From Terriglobales bacterium (GTDB taxonomy: Bacteria > Zixibacteria > MSB-5A5 > RBG-16-43-9), in assembly GCA_035543035.1 (NCBI GenBank), contig DATKKH010000142.1, positions 1 through 39,528 on the forward strand: a DNA stretch of 39,528 nt, in the 5' to 3' direction. The position numbers were made by a program, and so were the translations under genes. Positions 33,861 to 39,528 of this stretch are shown here, piece after piece. Within the stretch, counting starts at the first letter, position 1. Every line of letters starts with the position of its first letter. A model generated the notes under the pieces. It searched no databases, was not told the DNA's origin, and saw only the letters and a list, made by a program, of their open reading frames with translations.

Positions 33861-33869
33861 ACTATAACA
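33861..33869 (-). promoter_or_regulatory. extended -10 promoter candidate (TGTTATAGT) for the precursor/maturase operon
   Basis: The minus strand reads TGTTATAGT, close to TGnTATAAT. No good -35 element. It would give a ~135-nt leader containing the GC-rich hairpin. Confidence 0.3.
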
Positions 33870-34165
33870 AAAAGTATGCCGATCCGATTTTCTATGTTCG
33901 AAACTGTTTAACTTGTTGAAAAATAAAGAAGTCAATCTTTGGTGGATTTGCTTGATGAGGCTTTGTAGAAATGAAAAATCTCAAAAAATGGAGAGCCATT
34001 CTCCAAATCTGGAGAGTCGATATTGGATTTCCTTATTTTGATGTGGAGAAAAGTAGTCCGTAGAGTTCCTAATATAATGATAATGTAACTTTGGGCAGGA
34101 GAAGCTCCGCAGTCTCGTCAAAATAAGTGAACTTGAGGAGTATAATGAGTCTGATGTAAAAAAGG

Positions 34166-34196
34166 AAAAGACCACCCAGGAGCCGGGTGGTCTTTT
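34166..34196. terminator. bidirectional intrinsic terminator
   Basis: AAAAGACCACCC-aggagcc-GGGTGGTCTTTT. U-tracts follow on both strands (plus: TTTTGATT; minus: TTTTCCTTTTTTAC). Confidence 0.75.
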
Positions 34197-34244
34197 GATT
34201 AGGAGGTGCTAATTGTCGTAACAAAAAGCAACTAATCTAAGTTA

Positions 34245-34325
34245 CTATTGTCCGCCAGCAGATGATAAAGGAGCAATCTTCTCCTCTAACTCCTCCACCT
34301 CCAGGATTAATTCTTTCAGCTCCAT
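34245..34325 (-). CDS. 26-aa acidic, leader-peptide-like small ORF (MELKELILEVEELEEKIAPLSSAGGQ)
   Basis: Below the ORF-track size cutoff. SD is TAAGGAGGAGGTGA, ending 5 nt before the ATG at 34325. It has double stops (TAG TAA) and the strong terminator lies 48 nt downstream. Confidence 0.5.
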   Translation of the reverse strand: MELKELILEVEELEEKIAPLSSAGGQ

Positions 34326-34437
34326 AGAATCACCTCCTCCTTATGTTCAAAATCTGAGCAATCGAAGATAAAAAAATTTCCTGCCTTTTTAGGATCGACT
34401 AAGTTGCTAAATCGACCTCACCTTTAGAAATCCGTTT

Positions 34438-34623
34438 TCAAAAAGCGAGCGGATGGGGATAGTTATAATGCAAAACTACCCAGCTAATTACATCCCTCTC
34501 CTCAACCATTAATCTAACCCTGTGATAAGTCTTGTCAAGCAAAATCTGATAATTTTTAAAAATTTCCTGAAGAAATAATGGACGTGCCTCAATATATTGT
34601 AAGATATCTCTGTTAATATACAA
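34438..34623 (-). pseudogene. possible degenerate ParE/RelE-like toxin remnant
   Basis: TTG start only. ..RDILQYIEARPLF.. and ..YHRVRLMVEERDVISWVVLH.. resemble the N- and C-terminal motifs of ParE-type toxins, but the middle is missing and there is no antitoxin partner. Confidence 0.25.
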
Positions 34624-34803
34624 GATATTGAGATAAAAAATTTAGCAATCAGAATACATTTTCTGGAATTTGGAAACAATTTGTGTCTCTTTATCAGGAA
34701 TCCTAAGGTCAGAAAAATCTTTCTCTGCCCGAAAACCTGGTTTGAATCAGAATTGAGAAAAGATTGTGTTATTCCTTTTTTTCAAAAAATACGTTTTAAT
34801 AAC

Positions 34804-34832
34804 TTGCTAATCTGAATAGTCGAATATATAAT
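34804..34832 (+). promoter_or_regulatory. sigma-70-like promoter for the ABC ATPase/MFS operon
   Basis: TTGCTA (34804-34809), 17-nt spacer, TATAAT (34827-34832), 19 nt before the ATG. No SD in the short leader. Confidence 0.5.
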
Positions 34833-34851
34833 TGATTAAAATATTGTAACC

Positions 34852-35946
34852 ATGCACAAACTTGAGTTAAAAGCAGTAAGCAAGCATTTCGACAAGAATC
34901 AAGTCTTGAGAGACATCAGCTTCGAGGTGGAAGAAGGCGAGTTCTTTGTGCTGGTGGGGCCCTCCGGTTGCGGCAAAAGCACTATCCTCAGGCTGATCGT
35001 GGGCTTAGAGGAGGTTTCCACAGGTGAAATCTATCTGGATGGTCTTTTGATCAATAACCTGCCTGCCAAACAAAGGGACATGGCTATGGTTTTCCAGAAC
35101 TATGCCCTGTATCCTCATTTCACGGTATTTGAGAATCTTGCCTTTCCCCTGAAACTAAGAGGATATTCAAAAGAAGAAATCAGTCTGAGAGTTAATGAGA
35201 CTGCTGAAATCCTGGGATTGGAAAAACTGCTTCAGAGAAAACCCAAGGTGCTATCCGGAGGAGAAAGACAGAGAGTTGCTTTGGGTAGGGCAATAGTCAG
35301 AAAACCAAAACTTTTTCTTTTTGATGAGCCCTTATCCAATTTAGATGCACTCCTCAGGGTCCAGATGAGGGGAGAGCTCTTGAAACTGCATAAAAGATTA
35401 AAAAGTTCAGTGGTATATGTGACCCATGACCAGTTAGAAGCCATGACCTTAGGCAACAGGTGTCTGGTCTTGAAGGAAGGGACTATCCAGCAGACTGGAA
35501 CGCCTTTTGAACTGTATAGATCACCTTCTAATATCTTTGTAGCGTCTTTCATAGGAACACCCTCGATAAATTTATTAAAAGGAGTTCTGACTCCAGCTCT
35601 GGAATTTAAATTGAGTGATAAGTATGGGTTCTCGCTACCCGAGAAATTTGAACAGAGATTAAAAAGGTTCTCCGGCAGTGAAATCTGCCTGGGAATAAGA
35701 CCTGAGGATGTCCGAATTTCTTCAGAAAAACGGAATCCAAAATTCGAGCTGGAGCAGATCGAGCCGGTTGGCGCAGAAGCTTTCCTTTATTTCAAGGTTG
35801 GAGACCAGAAATTGGTGACCAGGGAAAGAGGTTATGAAAATCTCAAGCCAGGCTTTTGCCTGGAACTGTCTTTTAACCTGGATAAAGCAGTTTTTTTCGA
35901 TTTGAAAACTGGAGAAAATATCTTTAAGGATTTGAAATCTAAATAG
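34852..35946 (+). CDS. ABC transporter ATP-binding protein, MalK/UgpC/MsmX-type (sugar importer ATPase with C-terminal regulatory/TOBE-like domain)
   Basis: Walker A GPSGCGKST, Q-loop VFQNYALYPH, signature LSGGERQRV, Walker B LFLFDEPLS, H-loop VTHD. Confidence 0.9.
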   Translation: MHKLELKAVSKHFDKNQVLRDISFEVEEGEFFVLVGPSGCGKSTILRLIVGLEEVSTGEIYLDGLLINNLPAKQRDMAMVFQNYALYPHFTVFENLAFPLKLRGYSKEEISLRVNETAEILGLEKLLQRKPKVLSGGERQRVALGRAIVRKPKLFLFDEPLSNLDALLRVQMRGELLKLHKRLKSSVVYVTHDQLEAMTLGNRCLVLKEGTIQQTGTPFELYRSPSNIFVASFIGTPSINLLKGVLTPALEFKLSDKYGFSLPEKFEQRLKRFSGSEICLGIRPEDVRISSEKRNPKFELEQIEPVGAEAFLYFKVGDQKLVTRERGYENLKPGFCLELSFNLDKAVFFDLKTGENIFKDLKSK

Positions 35947-37176
35947 ATGGAAAATTTATCTGAGAAAAACAAGGGCTCCGGCTCGATTTTCCGGAACCTG
36001 AATTTCTTTTCGATCTGGATAGGTCAAACCGTCTCAGTCATCGGCGATTTTCTTTATATGATTGCCCTGATGTGGTGGGTTCTGGAAAAAACCGGCTCAA
36101 CTGCGGCTATGGCTACTGTGGCTATTTGTTCTTCTCTGCCTGCCATAATCTTGGGACCTTTTGCAGGGACTTTTGTCGACCGGGTCGATAAAAGAAAGCT
36201 TATGATCCTGATGGACTTGGGACGGGGAATATTGATTACCATCCCCGGGGTCCTTTATTTTTTGAATCTGCTTCAGGTCTGGCACATATTCGTGATAGCA
36301 GCATTTCTTTCATCTATGTCGACCTTCTTTAATCCGGCCCTGGCTACGTTCATACCGGTGATAGTTAATAAAGAGCAGTTAGTCCGGGCTAATTCGATCT
36401 CCCAGATGAGCAGCAACATAAGCGGAATCATAGGGCCTGCATTGGGAGGAGCGCTGGTCGCCCTTTTTGGAGCCGGAATAGTGATGTTTTTGGATGCTTT
36501 GAGCTTTTTCATTTCGGTTATTGCCATATTCCTGGTTAGGGTTAAAGCTGAACAGGTTTTTCCTTCTGAGGAAAGAAAAAAATTCCTACAGGAGCTGGTG
36601 GATGGTCTGAATTTCATCCGCAAAGAGTCTGGGATACTTGGACTGGTGGTTTTATTTTCTATTCTTAATTTTTTCGTCGCCCCAGTAGGGGTCTTGATAC
36701 CCTTAATGGTCAAAAAGATATTGATGATGGGAGCAGAGGGGTTCGGAGTGCTTGGCTCAAGCATTTCGATAGGAATGGTTCTCGGCAGCCTTTTCCTGGG
36801 GATGATTGGCGGGGTGAGGAGAAAAGGCACCTTTATTATGTCGGGAATAGTTGTGGCCGGATTATTTTTGGCCCTGTTTGGGATCTCTGAATCTTTCTGG
36901 GTTTCAATCTTTCTGCTGGGTGGGTGCGGGTTCGGGCTTTCCTTCGCCAACATCTTGGTGCCGGTGGTTTTTCAGACCAAAATCCCGCATGAAAAACAAG
37001 GCAGGGTTTTCGGCACGCTTGGAACTATCAGCGGTGGCTTAAGACCTGTCTCTTTAGCTCTGATAGGAGTTATGGGTGGACTATTGCACGTCCAGATGAT
37101 TGTTTTTTTGAGCGGGGTTTTAGTTGCCCTGGGTGGATTGGCCGGTTTTTTTATACCGGGGATAAGGAAATTATAG
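35947..37176 (+). CDS. MFS transporter (EntS/MFS_3-like, 12 TM)
   Basis: 409 aa. N-terminus FRNLNFFSIWIGQTVSVIGDFLYMIALMWWV and the loop motif GTFVDRVDKRKLMI. The start abuts the ATPase stop (TAGATG). Confidence 0.85.
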   Translation: MENLSEKNKGSGSIFRNLNFFSIWIGQTVSVIGDFLYMIALMWWVLEKTGSTAAMATVAICSSLPAIILGPFAGTFVDRVDKRKLMILMDLGRGILITIPGVLYFLNLLQVWHIFVIAAFLSSMSTFFNPALATFIPVIVNKEQLVRANSISQMSSNISGIIGPALGGALVALFGAGIVMFLDALSFFISVIAIFLVRVKAEQVFPSEERKKFLQELVDGLNFIRKESGILGLVVLFSILNFFVAPVGVLIPLMVKKILMMGAEGFGVLGSSISIGMVLGSLFLGMIGGVRRKGTFIMSGIVVAGLFLALFGISESFWVSIFLLGGCGFGLSFANILVPVVFQTKIPHEKQGRVFGTLGTISGGLRPVSLALIGVMGGLLHVQMIVFLSGVLVALGGLAGFFIPGIRKL

Positions 37177-37809
37177 CTCTTTGATCTTTCCTCGGTTGGT
37201 GAGAGCAAACGAGAGGTGTTCTAACTCCATCGCCATATTAACAGTGCGTAATACCACGTTATCCGGGACTTTGAGATTGGTGGGAGCAAAATTCAGAATG
37301 GTATGAACCCCGGCTGAGACCACCTCATCCGCGGTCCCTTGGGCAACAGACGCCGGCACAGCCAAGACCACTATCTCTATTTTATCCTCTTTCAGCTCTT
37401 TAGACAGGGTTCTTACATCCGAGACTATGATACCTTTGTGGTTTTTTCCAATCTTCCTCTGGTCGTTGTCGAATATTTTCTTGATGACGAAACCCTGCCT
37501 GGGGAATTCCTTGTAGGAGACCAAAGCTGAACCCACGTTTCCCACTCCAACCAGAGCTACATTCCAGGTCCGGTTCAATCCGAGAATGGAGGCGATCTTA
37601 TCCTTAAGCTCGTTTACCGGGTATCCTAATCCCCTGGTTCCGAAGCTTCCGAAAAATGAGAGGTCTTTCCTCACCTGGGCTGGGGTGAGTTTATCCCTTC
37701 TGGCAAGCTCCCTGGAAGAAATCGTGACGTACCTTTCCCTCTGCAGATTTATCAAGGTGCGGTAATAAAGGGATAGCCTGTGGATCGTGGTTTCTGAGAT
37801 TTTACGCAT
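37171..37809 (-). CDS. rex: redox-sensing transcriptional repressor Rex
   Basis: Winged-helix N-terminus ISETTIHRLSLYYRTL and Rossmann motif VALVGVGNVGSAL. I prefer the ATG at 37809 (MRKISE...), because the tool's TTG at 37860 is the -35 hexamer of a consensus promoter. The stop codon abuts the MFS stop (TTATAG). Confidence 0.85.
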   Translation of the reverse strand: MRKISETTIHRLSLYYRTLINLQRERYVTISSRELARRDKLTPAQVRKDLSFFGSFGTRGLGYPVNELKDKIASILGLNRTWNVALVGVGNVGSALVSYKEFPRQGFVIKKIFDNDQRKIGKNHKGIIVSDVRTLSKELKEDKIEIVVLAVPASVAQGTADEVVSAGVHTILNFAPTNLKVPDNVVLRTVNMAMELEHLSFALTNRGKIKEL

Positions 37810-37813
37810 AACG

Positions 37814-37831
37814 TTGTGAATACTTTCACAT
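37814..37831 (-). promoter_or_regulatory. Rex operator (ROP box)
   Basis: The plus strand reads TTGTGAA-TACT-TTCACAT, 17/18 matches to TTGTGAA-N4-TTCACAA. It lies directly between the -10 hexamer and the rex ATG. Confidence 0.7.
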
Positions 37832-37860
37832 ATTGTATCGGCAGAACAAAGATTTGTCAA
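37832..37860 (-). promoter_or_regulatory. sigma-70 consensus-like rex promoter
   Basis: Minus strand: TTGACA (37860-37855), 17-nt spacer, TACAAT (37837-37832). Confidence 0.65.
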
Positions 37861-37977
37861 GCAAAAAATCTTAAGTAAAAGACATTTTTCGTATCTGGAT
37901 CAGATAAATAGTCTCTTGACTATCAAAAGGAAAGGAGATGCTAAGATTTTTTGGACTACATCCCAAGCAAGAAAGAA

Positions 37978-38006
37978 TTGACAAGGACAATTTTTTTCTT
38001 TATAGT
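37978..38006 (+). promoter_or_regulatory. sigma-70-like promoter for the phosphohexomutase gene
   Basis: TTGACA (37978-37983), 17-nt spacer, TATAGT (38001-38006). GGGAG SD 6 nt before the ATG at 38028. Confidence 0.55.
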
Positions 38007-38027
38007 TGTTAAAAATGGGAGCGAATC

Positions 38028-39383
38028 ATGGAAAAAGAAAATCTAAAGATTAATCCTTCGATTTTTAAAGCTTACGATATAAGGGGTATCTATCCTCAGG
38101 AACTTAACGACAATATCGCTTATCTGATTGGCAGGGGATTTGTGCAATATCTAAAACCCCGAATGGTGTGTATCGGCAGGGATATGCGGCTCTCCTCGGA
38201 TGCCCTGTTCCAAAACCTCTCTCGCGGGATTACCCGGTCAGGTGCAGATGTGATAGATCTGGGCTTGTGCACTTCCGATGCTCTGTACTTTGCAGTTGGT
38301 AAATTCGGATATGAGGCCGGAGCCATGATTACCGCCTCGCATAATCCGCCGGAATACAATGGAATGAAGATGTGCCAAAAGGAAGCTGTTCCTCTAAGTG
38401 GCAAAGAGGGGATCGAGCAGATCAGAGAGATTATAGCCAGAGGAGATTTTTCAGCTCCTGGTAAAGAGGGCATAGTAAAGAAACAGGATATCCAGTCCGA
38501 TTATATCCGGCATCTTTTGTCATTCATCGAACCCCAGAAGATCAAACGCTTTAAAATAGTGGCTGATGCAGGTAATGGAATTGCCGGTAAGGTTTTGCCT
38601 GATTTCTTCTCCCATCTTCCCTGCAAGTTGATTCCTATGTTCTTTGAGCTGGACGGCTCTTTTCCCAATCACGTGCCCAATCCCATGATCCCGGAGAATA
38701 TGGTTCCTTTGGGGTCGAGAATCTTACAGGAGAAGGCTGATTTCGGCGTAGCCTTTGATGGGGATGCAGACCGGATGTTCTTGATGGACGAGAAGGGTGT
38801 TACTTTGGGTGGTGATATCGTAGCTGCCCTTGTGGCTAAGAGCTTGCTGAAAAAAGAAAAGGGTGCCACCATATTATATAATGTCCCCTGTTCAAGGACC
38901 GTTCGTGAGGTCATCGAGCAGAATGGAGGAAAAGCTGTTCGCACGCCAGTGGGACATGCGCTCATCAAGCCCCTGATGAAAAAATATGATGCCGTTTTCG
39001 GAGGCGAGCATTCCGGTCATTTCTATTTCCGTAAAAACTATTTTGCCGATTCTGGAATGATCGCAATTTCGGTCTGTCTGGAGCTTCTCTCCGAAGAAAA
39101 TAAGCCTCTTTCTCAGCTGGTAAGCTCCATCGACCATTATTTCAGGAGTGGTGAGATCAATTCAAGGGTGGCAGACGTCCCTAAGAAGCTTGAAGAGATC
39201 GAGTTACATTATCGGGATGGGAAAATAGACCACCTTGATGGCATAACCGTAGAATATCCTGACTGGTGGTTCAACGTTCGGCCCTCCAACACCGAGCCTT
39301 TGCTCCGCCTGAATCTGGAGGCAAACACTAGGGAGCTTTTAGATCAAAAGAAAACAGAGGTTTTAAGCCTTATTCGCTCCTGA
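38028..39383 (+). CDS. manB: phosphomannomutase/phosphoglucomutase (alpha-D-phosphohexomutase family)
   Basis: Active-site loop TASHNPPEYNGMK, metal loop FDGDADR, sugar loop GGEHSGH, phosphate loop RPSNTEP. Confidence 0.9.
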   Translation: MEKENLKINPSIFKAYDIRGIYPQELNDNIAYLIGRGFVQYLKPRMVCIGRDMRLSSDALFQNLSRGITRSGADVIDLGLCTSDALYFAVGKFGYEAGAMITASHNPPEYNGMKMCQKEAVPLSGKEGIEQIREIIARGDFSAPGKEGIVKKQDIQSDYIRHLLSFIEPQKIKRFKIVADAGNGIAGKVLPDFFSHLPCKLIPMFFELDGSFPNHVPNPMIPENMVPLGSRILQEKADFGVAFDGDADRMFLMDEKGVTLGGDIVAALVAKSLLKKEKGATILYNVPCSRTVREVIEQNGGKAVRTPVGHALIKPLMKKYDAVFGGEHSGHFYFRKNYFADSGMIAISVCLELLSEENKPLSQLVSSIDHYFRSGEINSRVADVPKKLEEIELHYRDGKIDHLDGITVEYPDWWFNVRPSNTEPLLRLNLEANTRELLDQKKTEVLSLIRS

Positions 39384-39453
39384 ATAGACCTCCAAAAAAC
39401 CAGTTATTGAAGAACATCCCGCTCAGTGCACGATGCCTACGATTTTTTTGAAT

Positions 39454-39528
39454 TCCCCTCCCTCGATGGGAGGGGTAAGGGGAGGGTGAATTTCCATTTT
39501 TTATTTCCCCCTCACCCTAACCCTCTCC
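39454..39528. repeat. second copy of the two-hairpin GC-rich module (runs to the window end)
   Basis: CCCCTCCC-tcgat-GGGAGGGG-taa-GGGGAGGGTGAATT...ACCCTCTCC. It shares TCGATGGGAGGGG and GGGGAGGGTGAATT exactly with 25313-25343. It begins 70 nt after the phosphohexomutase stop. Confidence 0.65.

Noticed and set aside
33981-34175. 64-aa minus-strand ORF in the non-coding stretch upstream of the RiPP genes.
   Set aside because: It starts at a GTG inside the bidirectional terminator stem, has no RBS and is a low-complexity Ser/Leu-rich sequence. A 30-codon plus-strand ORF at 33991-34083 likewise has no convincing RBS.
36273-36953. 226-aa minus-strand ORF, plus other long antisense ORFs (e.g. 9688-10122, 13629-14069, 6338-6742, 29571-29972).
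   Set aside because: They lie entirely antisense to CDSs with strong motif support. Their sequences are low-complexity (Pro/Ser/Arg/Ile-rich) with no recognisable motifs or RBS. These are typical shadow ORFs.
8939-39528. The repeated GC-rich palindromes as a CRISPR array.
   Set aside because: The copies are tens of kb apart or irregularly packed. There are no uniform repeat-spacer units and no cas genes. They fit REP-like or terminator hairpins.

Overview
Moderately AT-rich window (composition judged by eye, not computed). It looks like a contig from an uncultivated diderm bacterium: it has a FlgD-Ig/T9SS-type C-terminal domain, a TolB-like PD40 lipoprotein and GC-rich hairpin repeats in the intergenic regions. 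I saw no rRNA, tRNA, CRISPR array, transposase or integrase.

Layout:
(1) nt 3-19511: one tightly packed plus-strand Wzx/Wzy-type exopolysaccharide locus. It holds 8 glycosyltransferases, a flippase, a polymerase/ligase-family protein, a DegT aminotransferase, a hexapeptide acetyltransferase, two NodB deacetylases and two FemAB/CelD-like acyltransferases. An 855-aa secreted protein sits in the middle.
(2) 19646-21381: a TolB-like lipoprotein gene and a small secreted-protein gene, divergently transcribed.
(3) 21436-31073: a signalling block. It contains a STAS / RsbW-like kinase / membrane GAF-PP2C partner-switching module with a translationally coupled Nudix gene, then a GAF-PAS histidine kinase, then a 1242-aa Ser/Thr kinase-AAA-TPR protein.
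(4) about 31075-34850: an accessory patch rich in gene scars, and the most interesting part of the window. It carries a sigma-54 activator remnant, a beta-barrel fragment with no start codon and a ParE-like remnant. It also carries an apparently unclassified RiPP locus on the minus strand: a 62-aa precursor with six Cys at every third residue, and an RRE-radical SAM-SPASM maturase whose SPASM domain is separated from the core by a single in-frame TGA. A tiny membrane protein and an orphan 26-codon leader-like ORF with its own SD and terminator complete it.
(5) 34852-39383: an orphan MalK-type ABC ATPase plus an MFS transporter, an autoregulated rex gene (consensus promoter plus Rex box) and a phosphomannomutase/phosphoglucomutase gene.

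All functional calls come from motifs read by eye in the supplied translations. No database search was run.
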